The notes: generated by a model from the sequence alone, not told the origin. A stretch of DNA of 64,000 bases from Akkermansia muciniphila (GCA_004557455.1 SFDX01000015.1:1-64000); one strand, 5' to 3'. Positions 21,427 to 32,140 are shown, counted from the first letter of the stretch. Made by a program: numbers and translations.

Positions 21427-22937
21427 TACCATACTACACCCCCCTGTTGGCAGCGGCGCAGAAATCCGAGTCCTCGGATACCGCGCCCATCGTCGCCATC
21501 GTCGTTCTCGTTGTCTTCCTGGTCAGCGTCATGGCGTGGCTCTTCTCGCGCTACAAGATGTGCCCGTCGGACAAGATTTTGATTGTCTACGGTAATGTGG
21601 GCGCAGGTCGTTCCGCTAAATGTATCCACGGCGGTGCCACCTTCATCATGCCCATCATCCAGAGCTACGCCTTCATGGACCTCAACCCCATCAACATCGA
21701 TGTGCCGTTGAAGGGGGCTCTCTCCAGCCAGAATATCCGCGTGGATGTTCCGTCCTCGTTCATCGTGGGCATCAGCACGCAGCCGGAGATCATGCAGAAC
21801 GCCGCCAGCCGCCTGCTGGGTCGCACGCGCCAGGACATCCGGGATCTGGCTTCGGAAATCATCATGGGCCAGATGCGTGTGGTGATCGCCTCCCTGACGA
21901 TTGAGGAAATCAACGCCGACCGCGAGAAGCTCATCAAGGGTATCACCGGCGGCGTGGATGTGGAGCTGCACAAGGTGGGTCTCTACCTCATCAACGCCAA
22001 CATTACGGATATCCGCGATGCTTCCGGCTACATCGCCGCTCTGGGCCAGGAGGCCGCTGCGCGCGCCATTAACGATGCCATGATCAAGGTGGCCGAGGAG
22101 ACTCGCCGCGGCGAAATCGGTAAGGCGGAGGCCCTGCGGGAGCAGACCGTGCAGGTGGCCATGGCCAATGCCGCCGCTGTGGAGGGTAACAACGAGGCCC
22201 AGATGAAGGTGGCGGACTCGAACGCGCGCCTCAAGGTGCGCCAGGCCGAGGCGCAGCGCATCGCCGTGGTGGCCGAGCGTGAGCAGGCTGCCCGCGCCGA
22301 GGCGGCCGGCTATGTGGCTAACCAGGAGGCCGAGTTGAAGCGCGCCGAGCTGGAGCGCGCCAAGCAGACCGCTAACGAAATCGTGGCGGCGGAAATCTCG
22401 AAGCGCAAGCAGGAGATCGCCGCAGAGGCCGCCGCTGCCGTGCTGGTGAAGGAGCAGCAGGGTAAGTCCGATGCCCTCGTGATCGCCAAGAAGGCAGAAG
22501 GTGAGGCCGCTGTCCGTTTGGCGGAGGGTGAGGCCAACGCTCTGCTCCTCAAGAAGAAGGCAGAGGGTGATGGCTTGGAGATGGTGGGTCGCGGTCACGC
22601 CGCCGCCATTCAGGCCGAGCTGGAGGCCAAGGCGAGCGGTTTCCGCCAGATTGTGGCTGCTGCGGGGGATGCCCGTGCGGCTTCCGGTCTGCTCGTCACG
22701 GAGCAGCTCCCGCAGATCGTCGAGACCCAGGCGGGCGCTATCCGCAACCTCCGCTTCGACAAGGTGGTGGTCATGGGCGGCGGGGATTCCAAGTCCGGTT
22801 CCGTCGGTGGCTTTGTGCAGAACCTCGTGACGGGCACGCTGCCCCTGCATGAGCTGGCCGCGGGCGTGGGTGTGGAGCTGCCGAATTACCTCGGTAAGGC
22901 TGCCCCGGAGGCCGCGGCCCCGCAGGAGAAGGCCTGA
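21423..22937 (+). CDS. flotillin / SPFH (band 7) domain protein, YqiK-like
   Basis: N-terminal TM helix; SPFH core MPIIQSYAFMDLNPINIDVPLKGALSSQNIRVDV...; long Ala/Glu/Gln-rich coiled-coil flotillin region; ATGA overlap with nfeD. Confidence 0.85.
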   Translation: MIPYYTPLLAAAQKSESSDTAPIVAIVVLVVFLVSVMAWLFSRYKMCPSDKILIVYGNVGAGRSAKCIHGGATFIMPIIQSYAFMDLNPINIDVPLKGALSSQNIRVDVPSSFIVGISTQPEIMQNAASRLLGRTRQDIRDLASEIIMGQMRVVIASLTIEEINADREKLIKGITGGVDVELHKVGLYLINANITDIRDASGYIAALGQEAAARAINDAMIKVAEETRRGEIGKAEALREQTVQVAMANAAAVEGNNEAQMKVADSNARLKVRQAEAQRIAVVAEREQAARAEAAGYVANQEAELKRAELERAKQTANEIVAAEISKRKQEIAAEAAAAVLVKEQQGKSDALVIAKKAEGEAAVRLAEGEANALLLKKKAEGDGLEMVGRGHAAAIQAELEAKASGFRQIVAAAGDARAASGLLVTEQLPQIVETQAGAIRNLRFDKVVVMGGGDSKSGSVGGFVQNLVTGTLPLHELAAGVGVELPNYLGKAAPEAAAPQEKA

Positions 22938-23013
22938 TCCGCCCCGAATACATGTGACACGAGCCGCAGGAGCACCCCTCCTGCGGCTCGATGATTTCCG
23001 GCGAGGGCCGTGC

Positions 23014-23865
23014 TTACTGGTGGCGTTGGGCGGCGCTGTGCAGAATGCCGTCGGCGATGAGGCGCACGGTCTCCTCCAGGATGTTGCAGAGGTGACTGCC
23101 GGCGCGGTAGTCCGCGGGGGCAAAGAAGTCAACACGCCGCTGGTCGGATTTGAGGGCGTAGCACTTCCGGAAGGCGCTCAGGGATGAATCGTCGGGGTTA
23201 TACACTGCCACGCTGTGCCCGCCTTGCTGGCGCATGACGGTGAAGCAGGGGACGTCCGTGGGGCCGTCGCCTACGTAGATCATGTTGCGGAAGGGCACGG
23301 GGCGCAGTTCGGGGTCCAGGTGCTCGTTGACGTCCTCCGTATAATCGAGCATGCCCTTGTTGATGCGGAAGAGGAATTGCGTCTTCATGGTGTGGGAGAT
23401 GACGCGCTTGGGGAAGTCGATGACGCCGTTGCGCTCGCTGAACTCGCAGGCGAAGACGGCGTGCATGTAGGGCCGCACGGCAGAGCCGTCGATGATGCTC
23501 TTGATGCCGCCGGAGATGATGTAGTACTCGATGCGGATGCCGGCGTAGCGGTGGGCGTCCGTGAGTACGCGGTCGGGGAAGGTTTCGAAGAACTTCGGTA
23601 ACCCGCGGTAGAAGACGATCTTGCGGCCCAGTTCCTCCAAGCGCTTGTTGGTCACGCCGTCGATGCGCAGCTCATCCAGCAGCTCCTTGAGGTAGCTCAG
23701 CTCGCCGTCCCAGCCCTCCGTCACACAGCGTTCGTTGCATTTCTGCCAAAAGCGTTCGGCATCGATCCCGAACTCGGGGAAGATGGTGTCTTCCTGCATG
23801 TTGTGCGGGCTCAGGGTCTTGTCAAAGTCGAAGATGAGGGCTATGGTCGTTTGCGGTATCGGCAT
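23014..23865 (-). CDS. HAD-superfamily hydrolase (subfamily IB-like)
   Basis: [14 protein letters not shown] (motif I DxD), [23 protein letters not shown] (motif IV). Confidence 0.6.
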   Translation of the reverse strand: MPIPQTTIALIFDFDKTLSPHNMQEDTIFPEFGIDAERFWQKCNERCVTEGWDGELSYLKELLDELRIDGVTNKRLEELGRKIVFYRGLPKFFETFPDRVLTDAHRYAGIRIEYYIISGGIKSIIDGSAVRPYMHAVFACEFSERNGVIDFPKRVISHTMKTQFLFRINKGMLDYTEDVNEHLDPELRPVPFRNMIYVGDGPTDVPCFTVMRQQGGHSVAVYNPDDSSLSAFRKCYALKSDQRRVDFFAPADYRAGSHLCNILEETVRLIADGILHSAAQRHQ

Positions 23866-23974
23866 GCTCCCATTCTACCCCACGGCCCCCCGCTTTGGCA
23901 AGCCGTAAAACGCGCCCCGCCCCCCGTGCCGAGGGCGTTTTCCCACTTTTTTTCCGAAAATGGCGAATTTCGGG

Positions 23975-24003
23975 TTGCAAAATCGTCCCTTTGGGTGTAC
24001 AAT
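23975..24003 (+). promoter_or_regulatory. sigma70-like promoter TTGCAA-17-TACAAT for hppA
   Basis: TTGCAA at 23975-23980, spacer aatcgtccctttgggtg, TACAAT at 23998-24003. Confidence 0.5.
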
Positions 24004-24063
24004 ACGGCGCATTTTTGGCTAATACTTAAAAATGCAAAACTATTAAATCAAGAAATAAGAACC

Positions 24064-26316
24064 ATGTCACCGCAAACATTATTCTGGATTGTTCCGGCAG
24101 CTTCCCTGGTGGCGCTTGCTTTTGCCGCAAAGTTCTACTGCGGCATGAAGAAGGCGGACGAAGGGACTGACCGCATGAAAGAAATCGCCGGCTACGTGCG
24201 CGAAGGCGCCATGGCCTACCTGAAGCAGCAGTACAAGATAGTGACTCTCATCTTCATTATCTTGGCCATCGTCTTCGCCGTGATGGCATTCTACAACCTG
24301 CAGAACAAGATTGTGCCCGTCGCTTTCCTGACCGGCGGCTTCTTCTCGGGTTTGGCCGGTTTCATCGGCATGAAGACGGCTACCTATGCCTCCGGCCGTG
24401 TGGCCCAGGCTTGCCGCGATGAGGAGGACGGCCTCAACAAGGGCCTTCAGCTTGCGTTCCGCTCCGGCGCCGTGCTCGGCCTTACCGTGGTGGGCTTCGG
24501 CTTGCTGGATATTTCGGCTTGGTATCTTATTCTCGACAATACGGGCCTTATCGAGGCCGAGGGTGTCTCCAAGCTCGTGGAGATTACCACCATCATGCTG
24601 ACCTTCGGCATGGGTGCCTCGCTGCAGGCTCTCTTCGCTCGCGTGGGCGGTGGTATTTACACCAAGGCGGCCGACGTGGGCGCGGATTTGGTGGGTAAGA
24701 CGGAGTACCACTTCAACGAGGATGACCCCCGTAATCCCGCCACCATCGCGGATAATGTGGGTGACAACGTGGGTGACGTGGCCGGCATGGGTGCGGACCT
24801 GTATGAGTCCTACGCCGGTTCCATCTTGGCTTCCGCCGCTCTGGGTGCCGCCGCTACGGCTGTTGCGGGCGGTTCGTATGATGAGGGCCTCAAGCTGGTG
24901 ATGGCTCCCATGATCATCGGTGCCATCGGTACCATCCTTTCCGTGCTGGGTATCTTCACTGTGCGCACCAAGCAGGGTGCCACGCAGTCCATGCTCATGG
25001 CTGCCCTGAACAAGGGTATCAATTTCTCCGGCGTGCTCATCGCGCTGGCGGCTGCCGGTGTGCTCTACACGCTGGGTATTCAGAACTGGCTGGGCCTCTG
25101 GGGTTCCATCGTCATCGGCCTGTTGGTGGGTATCCTCATCGGTAAGGTGACGGAGTACTACACTTCTTTCGAGTACAAGCCCGTTAAGTTCATCGCGGAG
25201 AACGCCACCACCGGCCCCGCGACGGTCATTATCTCCGGTATCGGTGTGGGCATGATTTCCACCTGCTGGCCGGTGATCTTCATCGTGCTGGGTACCATCG
25301 GTGCTTACATCTGCGCTGCCGGTGCTTTCTCGGCAGAGAGCATGAGCATGGGCCTCTACGGTATCGGTATTGCTGCCGTGGGTATGCTTTCCACCTTGGG
25401 CCTCACCTTGGCTACGGATGCCTACGGGCCCATCTCCGATAACGCCGGCGGCAACGCCGAGATGAGCAACCTGGGCGAGAGTGTGCGCTCCCGCACGGAT
25501 GCGCTGGATGCCCTGGGCAACACGACGGCTGCTACCGGTAAGGGCTTCGCCATCGGTTCCGCCGCTCTCACGGCTCTCGCGCTTCTCGCTTCTTACATTG
25601 AGGAGATCAAGATCGCGGCTGCTCGCGTGGGTGAGTTCAGCCTCAATTGCTTCAGCGAGACGCTGAATGCGCATCAGCTCAACATCGCGGGGCAGACCAA
25701 GGATGTGATGGATCTGACCATCGCGGACTTCATGCAGCTCTTCGAGGTGAACCTCATGAACCCCAAGGTGCTGCTCGGTATCTTCATCGGTGCCATGCTT
25801 TCCTTCCTCTTCTGCGGCCTTACCATGAACGCCGTGGGTCGTGCCGCCAAGAGCATGGTGGAGGAGGTGCGCCGCCAGCTTTCTGATAAGGATGTGTTCG
25901 AGGGCCGCAAGAAGGCGGACTACGCCCGCTGCGTGGGTATCTCCACCCAGGGCGCACAGCGCGAGATGATCGTGCCGTCCATGATCGCGGTGATCGTTCC
26001 CATCGCCACGGGGCTCATCATGGGTGTGCCCGGCGTGTTCGGTCTGCTGGCCGGCGGCTTGGCGGGCGGCTTCGTGCTCGCTATCTTCATGGCAAACTCC
26101 GGCGGTGCTTGGGATAACGCCAAGAAGTACATCGAGACCGGTGACGCCCCCTTCTGCGGCAAACACACCGCCATTCACGATGCGTCCGTGGTCGGCGATA
26201 CCGTCGGCGACCCCTTCAAGGACACCTCCGGCCCCTCGCTGAACATTCTCATCAAGCTCATGAGCATGGTCTCCATCGTCACGGCCGGCCTCAACGTGGC
26301 CTTCTCCCTGCTCTGA
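24064..26316 (+). CDS. hppA: membrane-bound proton/sodium-translocating pyrophosphatase
   Basis: 750 aa with about 16 TM helices. Signature segments [35 protein letters not shown] and [22 protein letters not shown]. The ORF-track start at 23803 is an upstream extension; the ATG at 24064 follows the promoter. Confidence 0.95.
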   Translation: MSPQTLFWIVPAASLVALAFAAKFYCGMKKADEGTDRMKEIAGYVREGAMAYLKQQYKIVTLIFIILAIVFAVMAFYNLQNKIVPVAFLTGGFFSGLAGFIGMKTATYASGRVAQACRDEEDGLNKGLQLAFRSGAVLGLTVVGFGLLDISAWYLILDNTGLIEAEGVSKLVEITTIMLTFGMGASLQALFARVGGGIYTKAADVGADLVGKTEYHFNEDDPRNPATIADNVGDNVGDVAGMGADLYESYAGSILASAALGAAATAVAGGSYDEGLKLVMAPMIIGAIGTILSVLGIFTVRTKQGATQSMLMAALNKGINFSGVLIALAAAGVLYTLGIQNWLGLWGSIVIGLLVGILIGKVTEYYTSFEYKPVKFIAENATTGPATVIISGIGVGMISTCWPVIFIVLGTIGAYICAAGAFSAESMSMGLYGIGIAAVGMLSTLGLTLATDAYGPISDNAGGNAEMSNLGESVRSRTDALDALGNTTAATGKGFAIGSAALTALALLASYIEEIKIAAARVGEFSLNCFSETLNAHQLNIAGQTKDVMDLTIADFMQLFEVNLMNPKVLLGIFIGAMLSFLFCGLTMNAVGRAAKSMVEEVRRQLSDKDVFEGRKKADYARCVGISTQGAQREMIVPSMIAVIVPIATGLIMGVPGVFGLLAGGLAGGFVLAIFMANSGGAWDNAKKYIETGDAPFCGKHTAIHDASVVGDTVGDPFKDTSGPSLNILIKLMSMVSIVTAGLNVAFSLL

Positions 26317-26456
26317 TGCAGGCCTGAACAGCCCTCTCCTTCACCCCGCCCCCGCTCTCACGCGGCGGCGGGGTTTTTAATGCCCCCACCGCGAGCCCCT
26401 CCCCGCCGGGGTGGGAGGGCTCCTTCTGTAGACATCAAGCGGCCCTTTTTTTTACC

Positions 26457-26489
26457 TACAGCATTCTGAATGCCGGGTTAAGCCTAAAT
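26457..26489. promoter_or_regulatory. decayed copy (a) of the palindrome/TTGAC module, tacaGCATTctgAATGCcgggTTAAGcCTAAAt
   Basis: Matches the consensus tacaGCATT-N3-AATGCtgta-GTCAAG-n-CTAAAA seen at 32114, 37126 and 61036. The next about 50 nt are also homologous to 61069..61115. Confidence 0.4.
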
Positions 26490-26692
26490 GGCAGAAAGAC
26501 CGCATTTTTGCTGCAATTTCGCCCACTTTCCCACCTACCTCCCCCGGAACATCCCACACATTTTTGGCACTCCGTGTTCTCTGCAATCCTAAATGCACCA
26601 TATGATGTGATTATTGACATGCCTCCTTCTTTTTGCGAAAATGGAATCCAAAGGCTTTTGTTTTACTGCGGGATAAGCCCTCGAAATCATAG

Positions 26693-26817
26693 CGGAGGTG
26701 CTTAGGGCCGCGGCACCTCAGCCAAGCCCGAAAATCGCTGCGTAACCCACAAAAATACAGGTTTAGCAGAAAAAATCCGGTGGCAGGGATTTTCCGGAAA
26801 AAAGGCTTGCATCACCG
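26693..26817 (+). repeat. about 125-nt repeat, copy A (inverted partner at 51641..51769)
   Basis: About 89% identity to the reverse complement of 51641..51769. Contains the conserved hairpin GAGGTGC-N11-GCACCTC and a conserved core cagccaagcccgaaNatcgctgcgtaacccacaaaaatacaggtttagcagaaa. Confidence 0.85.
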
Positions 26818-27121
26818 CGACCGCCCTCCGTGCGGTGCAGCTTATGAAGGAGCAGGCCGACCCCCGCGCCGTCCGCACCGAAATCAGCGTCCGCAATCGC
26901 TACAGGGACAAGCGGGACTTCTTCCTCCGCCTCAAGCGCAACCGCTCTTGAGGCCGGAGCGCCCTGCCTCTGAGGATGGACACAGGGGCCATGGAGAAGG
27001 GGGGATTCAACGCTGTTTCGGAGGTCGCATATCACCCGGAGGAAACGGAGACTCTTCCCCCGGCCGCTGAGGTGGTTCGCCGCCCTTTGGCAGGAATATC
27101 GTCTGCCCCGATATTTTGAGC

Positions 27122-27150
27122 TTGATTTCTCTCCGTTATTCCACTACACT
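27122..27150 (+). promoter_or_regulatory. promoter TTGATT-17-TACACT for the PEP-CTERM protein gene (about 7-nt leader)
   Basis: TTGATT at 27122-27127, spacer tctctccgttattccac, TACACT at 27145-27150, ATG at 27164. Confidence 0.45.
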
Positions 27151-27163
27151 TAATCCCGCACGT

Positions 27164-27973
27164 ATGAAACTGCGTTCTCTCCTTCGTTCGCGTATTCTCC
27201 CCTTAGCCGCGCTCCTTGCCCTCGCCGCCCCTCCTTCCCGAGCGGCGGTGGAGATTATTACGTTCGGACCGGCGGGAAAATCTCTTTTCTCGACCTTTGC
27301 TACGGATCGCGTTACCACTCTGAGTAATGGTACGAGTGTTACTCTGTCGAGTAAGGATTCTCTGCAATGCATAACGACGTCATCTGAAGAGAGAGTTTCC
27401 ACTATTACGGCTAATGAGCCGTGGGTTAATGAATCCGCAGTAGAGGCGCTTAATAATGATTTGGGTACCCATATTACTGTTGCGGATATAGTAGGGACCG
27501 GATCGACGCCTATGCTGAGCGCTGCACATGGTAAAGGCGATGGGTTATGCTTGAATCTTGGTTCTACGCATCAAGTGGGTGACTCTATTACTCTCTACAT
27601 GTTTGTAACAGCCAGAGCTAGCGATTCAAATAAGACCATGTGGAATCTTGATGAGTTAACGGGTTTTCTTTCTCTGCTGGGTAGTGCGACATTGGAAAGG
27701 GCTGTCTATAGTGTTAATAACGGTTTTGTATCTTGTGGGCTAACGTCTAATATCGGGAGTACTTCGGCCAAGCACGCTATTTTGAAACTTTCGGGTAATA
27801 TCAAGGATGGGGGAACGGAGCTTCGCATTCCTCTTTCTATTGGTACAAGCGTGAACAACGAGGTTTATTCCATCGGTGCCATCCTATACTCCTACGACGT
27901 CCCTGAACCGTCATCATCTTTCCTCGTACTCTCCGGTTTATTACTCCTGCTACGCCGCCGGCGGCGGGGGTGA
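27164..27973 (+). CDS. PEP-CTERM-anchored secreted protein (putative exosortase substrate)
   Basis: Signal peptide MKLRSLLRSRILPLAALLALAAPPSRA. C-terminal VPEPSSSFLVLSGLLLLLRRRRRG is a PEP motif plus TM helix plus Arg cluster. Confidence 0.8.
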   Translation: MKLRSLLRSRILPLAALLALAAPPSRAAVEIITFGPAGKSLFSTFATDRVTTLSNGTSVTLSSKDSLQCITTSSEERVSTITANEPWVNESAVEALNNDLGTHITVADIVGTGSTPMLSAAHGKGDGLCLNLGSTHQVGDSITLYMFVTARASDSNKTMWNLDELTGFLSLLGSATLERAVYSVNNGFVSCGLTSNIGSTSAKHAILKLSGNIKDGGTELRIPLSIGTSVNNEVYSIGAILYSYDVPEPSSSFLVLSGLLLLLRRRRRG

Positions 27974-27994
27974 TGCTTACTCTCTCTTTCTCAC

Positions 27995-29476
27995 ATGGGA
28001 CGCATTGCAGACGAGACCATTCGAGGCGCCAAGTGGGGGCTCATCCAGAAGTGCACCATGCAGCCGGTGCAGTTCCTCTACGGCATCGTTCTCGCTCGCC
28101 TTATTACCCCGGAGGAATTCGGTATTCTGGGGCTTACATCGATTTTCTTTGCCATCGCCGGACAGTTGCAGAACTGCGGGTTCGGATCAGCCCTGATACG
28201 CAAGCAGGATCGCACGGAGGAAGATTGCTCGACCGTTTTTTGGTATAACGTTGGAGCCAGCTTTGTCCTATCTGCCGCCCTTTTTGTAGCAGCCCCTTGG
28301 TTTGCGGACTTCTTCAATCAACCTCCTTTGGTCAATATCACCCGCGTCTCTGCCGTGATGATGTTCCTCGGGAGTACCTCTGGCGTTCATTGGGCCCTCT
28401 ATTCCGCTCGCAGAGACTTCAAAACCCCGGCCATCGTTGGTATGATCACCACCCTCGTCGGTATTCCTGTCTGCTTAACCTTGGCTTTCTGCGGCTTCAG
28501 TTACTGGTCAATGGTCATTCAAGGAGTTGTGACCGGCCTACTTTCCCTCATCATCATCTGGATTATTTCCCCCTGGAAACCCAAGTTCATCTGGTCCTCT
28601 CGTTCCTTTAAGGAGTTCTTTGGGTTTGGCTCTAAGCTCGTCCTCTCCGGCCTTAATGATATCCTCTACCTTCAGTCCCGACAACTCATTATCGGTAAAT
28701 TTTATTCTCCCGCTCAGTTGGGAAATTTTAATAAGGGAATGCAGCTGTCTGAAATGCCGAGGATTTTAACTGATGGTGTTATCGGGGGTGTTATATTTCC
28801 TATTTTGTCTACCATTCAGAATGATGAGAAGAGACTTGTCGCTGTATATAGAAAATATATCAGGCTCAATAATCTTGTGTGTCAGTTTGTTATGCTTACT
28901 ATGGTATTTAATGCTCATGCCTTGGTAACCGTTCTCTATGGAGATGCTTGGTCTGAGGCGAGTGTCTATGCTTGCATTTTGTGCATTGGTGCCGCAACAA
29001 ATTCGCTTTCGTCAATCAATGCGAATCTCTACATGGTAAAGGGAAGGACGGATATTGTTTTGAAGATAAACGTCCTTCTCCGTATCTTCGGTATTATGGC
29101 GCTAATAGGCGCGGCTTTCATCAGTGTTGTGGCGATGTGTTGGGCCGCCGCTTCTACCGCCCTAGTTTGGTTTGTTCTTTGCCTTTACTATACAACAAAA
29201 GTAAGTTCTCTGGATTATCTGAAACAGTTAAAAGATTATCTTCCCTATATCTTTTTTTCAATTATTGCAAATATTCCATCCTACATCTTTTCCAGTGTGT
29301 GTGTGCATTCTGGGTTGAAGCTTATGATGGGGGTAGGTTGTTCATTTGTAATTTACTCATTTCTGCTCTACCTACGCAGAGACGAGATGGCAAATGAGTT
29401 GATTCATGTTTCGCTGAGGAGCCGTTTTATCAGGAGAATTACATCTAAGAAATTACAATGGAAATCAAGCAAATAA
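27995..29476 (+). CDS. wzx: Wzx-type polysaccharide flippase (MOP superfamily)
   Basis: 12 or more TM helices, 493 aa, typical Polysacc_synt architecture. The ORF shows a GC discontinuity (GC-rich 5' half, AT-rich from about 28650). Confidence 0.75.
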   Translation: MGRIADETIRGAKWGLIQKCTMQPVQFLYGIVLARLITPEEFGILGLTSIFFAIAGQLQNCGFGSALIRKQDRTEEDCSTVFWYNVGASFVLSAALFVAAPWFADFFNQPPLVNITRVSAVMMFLGSTSGVHWALYSARRDFKTPAIVGMITTLVGIPVCLTLAFCGFSYWSMVIQGVVTGLLSLIIIWIISPWKPKFIWSSRSFKEFFGFGSKLVLSGLNDILYLQSRQLIIGKFYSPAQLGNFNKGMQLSEMPRILTDGVIGGVIFPILSTIQNDEKRLVAVYRKYIRLNNLVCQFVMLTMVFNAHALVTVLYGDAWSEASVYACILCIGAATNSLSSINANLYMVKGRTDIVLKINVLLRIFGIMALIGAAFISVVAMCWAAASTALVWFVLCLYYTTKVSSLDYLKQLKDYLPYIFFSIIANIPSYIFSSVCVHSGLKLMMGVGCSFVIYSFLLYLRRDEMANELIHVSLRSRFIRRITSKKLQWKSSK

Positions 29477-30294
29477 TCAAGAGAGCAATCTTATATATAT
29501 TTAAGGGTGTCCCTGTACAGCAGCAGGTGGTTGTGAGACCACAGATTTCTTATCTGAGTCCCCATAACCGCATGTGCGGGAAGAAGGTCATCGTGACGGG
29601 TGGAAACCGCGGTTTGGGGTATGCAATGGCTAAGAGGATTGTTGAGGAAGGGGGTCATGTTGTGATAGCCGGAAGAAACGAGGATTCTCTTCGGAAGGCG
29701 TCGGATAAAATTGGTTGTCCCTATGTGCTTATGGATGTTCTGAGGCCTGATACATTCGATAGTTTTATGGCTTCATGCGAGGAAGTGCTACCCGGAATAA
29801 ACGGGTTGATTAACAATGCCGGTATTTCTCTGCATGAAGGAGATTTTCGACGCGTGGAGCCTCGACAGTTCAATATTCAGTTCGATACGAATCTCCGTGG
29901 TAGCTACTTTATGACACAGGCTTTTGTTCATTTACTCGAGAGTCGGAGTCGTTTGGGTGTCGTTCTATTGGTATCCTCAGAAACTGGTGAAACCGTTGAC
30001 TATCTTCCCTATGGCCTAACGAAAGCCAGTATTCATAGCTTAACGAAGGGTTTAGCAAAATACCTGATTAAAAGTGGTATCAGGGTTAATGCTATAGCTC
30101 CCGGAGTTACCGCATCAGATATGACTGGGTTTGCTTCAGACGGAAATCTCTACTGCCCCTATAATTTGACGCATAGGGCATATTTACCCGAGGAAGTGGC
30201 TGAAGTTGCTTGTTTCCTACTTTCTGATGCAGCATCAATTCTGAATGGACAAATCCTTGTCACAAACGAGGGTAAGACTATAAATCTGAGATAA
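29458..30294 (+). CDS. short-chain dehydrogenase/reductase (SDR)
   Basis: KKVIVTGGNRGLGYAMA Rossmann motif, NNAG, catalytic YLPYGLTKAS (YxxxK). The true start is possibly the internal ATG near 29572. Confidence 0.8.
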   Translation: MEIKQIIKRAILYIFKGVPVQQQVVVRPQISYLSPHNRMCGKKVIVTGGNRGLGYAMAKRIVEEGGHVVIAGRNEDSLRKASDKIGCPYVLMDVLRPDTFDSFMASCEEVLPGINGLINNAGISLHEGDFRRVEPRQFNIQFDTNLRGSYFMTQAFVHLLESRSRLGVVLLVSSETGETVDYLPYGLTKASIHSLTKGLAKYLIKSGIRVNAIAPGVTASDMTGFASDGNLYCPYNLTHRAYLPEEVAEVACFLLSDAASILNGQILVTNEGKTINLR

Positions 30295-30313
30295 TATGTT
30301 CTGACGTAATTGC

Positions 30314-32074
30314 CTAGAGTTTGCGAATTCTGCCTCGTAGACTTTGAATGAAATGGTGAATCCTCCTCTTGATTCCACGCTGCTTTCTCTGTGGCGGATC
30401 CACGATGATCTCATGCATTCGTACAAGAGCCTCGTTTTCATTCTCCGTCGAGGTAAAAATTTCCAAGATTATAGGCTTCTCTGTGACATGAGGAGTAACA
30501 AACTCCGGCAAGACTGATTTGAACTCTTCTTTTGTTGAGGCAGTCAAATACCTATATCCTAAATCTGAGGCATAGTGTCGTATCAATTTCTTGTTTTGAG
30601 ACGGGAAATGCCCGGCGGCAGCCATGTACGGGTCAGCATCCTCTCCAAATTGATAGCAGGGGTGGTATGGACTTCTGAACTCCACTCCACGTCCATTATT
30701 CACCAAAATGATCCTTAGATTGTTGCCAATATGTCGGTTTCCCAGAGAATTTATGTCGTAGAAGAAAGCAAGGTCACCAACAACTGCATAGAAGAGCTTA
30801 TTCGGACTAACCAATGATGCTCCTATGACGGAGGATAAATTACCATCAATACCAAAGCCTCCCACGTTAGAGAATACAGATACTTCCTGAGGCAGGGGAA
30901 ACATGCTCCAACAACGAAGAGTATTAAGAATTCCCAAGTGTAACGAGCTCCCTGACGGCAGCAGAGGAGCAATCTGACTTGCGACCCAAAGATTTGAGAA
31001 AGGAATGTCAGGTATGCGGTTTATTATGTCTTTCTGCTCCTGAATAATGGAGTTGGTTTGGATTCCTGCGCCTTCTTTGGGAAGAGCGGCATAGTGAATA
31101 AAGAAGCGTTCCTCTGGCATCTGAAAGACCGCTTCAAGTCGCCCTGCGGTATCTCTTCCGTACCCATCTTCACTGACTCTCCATATCCTTCTTGCAGAGT
31201 AGAGGGAAGACATCAGTCCGTAAGCACCGGATACTTCACCGATGTGAATTAATAAATCTATATTGTCAAGAAGTCTCGGTCGATGGTGATCCTGTTCAAA
31301 TAAAAGAGTAGTATTTACGGAATGTTCCCCCCTATAATTTCCGGTGTGATCACACAAGACAACGGCACCGTACTTGGCACAGAAGGAATCTATGGCAGTC
31401 AATAATGAACATGCTATCGGGGAATGGCTACCGATGAAAATGGCTATGTTCTTTGACGTAATATCAGGTAGGGGATCATAAACTGTAAAACGCCGAATCA
31501 CACGAGCGCTGGGAAGTGTCTGAATGGAGAAATCCTTGCTGTACCTCGTCTCCAAATTCAAGTGTACCGGGCCACCCCCGTGTTGTATAGCAGCCCAAAG
31601 AAGTCGATTTACCTTTAGCTCGCAGTCTCCTTCATCCTCCGGAGTTTGCACGAATTGAATGTGCTCTGATGCCAGAACTACATCATTGCCGACTACTCTT
31701 CGGTCGATGACTTGGGGAACAAGATTCCCGATCCGTCGAATATCCTGAGTGGCGGTAATTGCGATGATCGGTAATTTTCTATAAAATGCCTCCGTTAATC
31801 CCGGGATGTAATTTCGAGATGCTGTAGCGCCGGTACATGTTAAAACGACAGCCTCGCCGGATTCTGCTGACATTCCACATGCCATATATGCGGCTGAACG
31901 TTCGTCGAGGGATGAATAGATCTCAAACCATGGATCCTGCTGCATGCTGGCAACTAGGGTTACATTCGTTGTTCCGGGGGAGGCAACCACCTTTCTTACC
32001 CCATACGCCTTGAGAAGAAACAGCACGATTTGCACGTTTCTCTCGTTCGTGTAATGCTTAATTGCTCGCTCCAT
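30314..32074 (-). CDS. thiamine-pyrophosphate-dependent enzyme, MenD/acetolactate-synthase-like
   Basis: N-terminal VASPGTTNVTLVASM...VVLTCTGATASRNYIPGLTEAFYRKLPIIAITATQ aligns to the MenD PP-binding region. C-terminal TPP motif GDLAFFYDINSL...ILVNNGRGVEF. The start is set at MERAIKHY because the upstream ATG/GTG codons lie inside the predicted promoter. Confidence 0.65.
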   Translation of the reverse strand: MERAIKHYTNERNVQIVLFLLKAYGVRKVVASPGTTNVTLVASMQQDPWFEIYSSLDERSAAYMACGMSAESGEAVVLTCTGATASRNYIPGLTEAFYRKLPIIAITATQDIRRIGNLVPQVIDRRVVGNDVVLASEHIQFVQTPEDEGDCELKVNRLLWAAIQHGGGPVHLNLETRYSKDFSIQTLPSARVIRRFTVYDPLPDITSKNIAIFIGSHSPIACSLLTAIDSFCAKYGAVVLCDHTGNYRGEHSVNTTLLFEQDHHRPRLLDNIDLLIHIGEVSGAYGLMSSLYSARRIWRVSEDGYGRDTAGRLEAVFQMPEERFFIHYAALPKEGAGIQTNSIIQEQKDIINRIPDIPFSNLWVASQIAPLLPSGSSLHLGILNTLRCWSMFPLPQEVSVFSNVGGFGIDGNLSSVIGASLVSPNKLFYAVVGDLAFFYDINSLGNRHIGNNLRIILVNNGRGVEFRSPYHPCYQFGEDADPYMAAAGHFPSQNKKLIRHYASDLGYRYLTASTKEEFKSVLPEFVTPHVTEKPIILEIFTSTENENEALVRMHEIIVDPPQRKQRGIKRRIHHFIQSLRGRIRKL

Positions 32075-32110
32075 CTGGCTCTCTATGAATAATTCGGGTG
32101 AGACTTGGGT

Positions 32111-32140
32111 AGTGTACAGCATTTTGAATGCTGTAGTCAA
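32111..32140 (-). promoter_or_regulatory. promoter TTGACT-18-TACACT with the perfect palindrome TACAGCATT-ttg-AATGCTGTA in the spacer (copy b)
   Basis: On the minus strand: ttttagtcTTGACTacagcattcaaaatgctgTACACT. Same architecture as 37123..37152 and 37261..37290. Confidence 0.55.

Noticed and set aside
20656-21432. Upstream two-thirds of the listed 342-aa minus-strand ORF
   Set aside because: Only the last 252 nt (20404..20655) encode S15; the remainder is antisense to nfeD.
24079-26178. 699-aa minus-strand ORF
   Set aside because: Antisense to hppA; no domain-like sequence; a GC-driven open frame.
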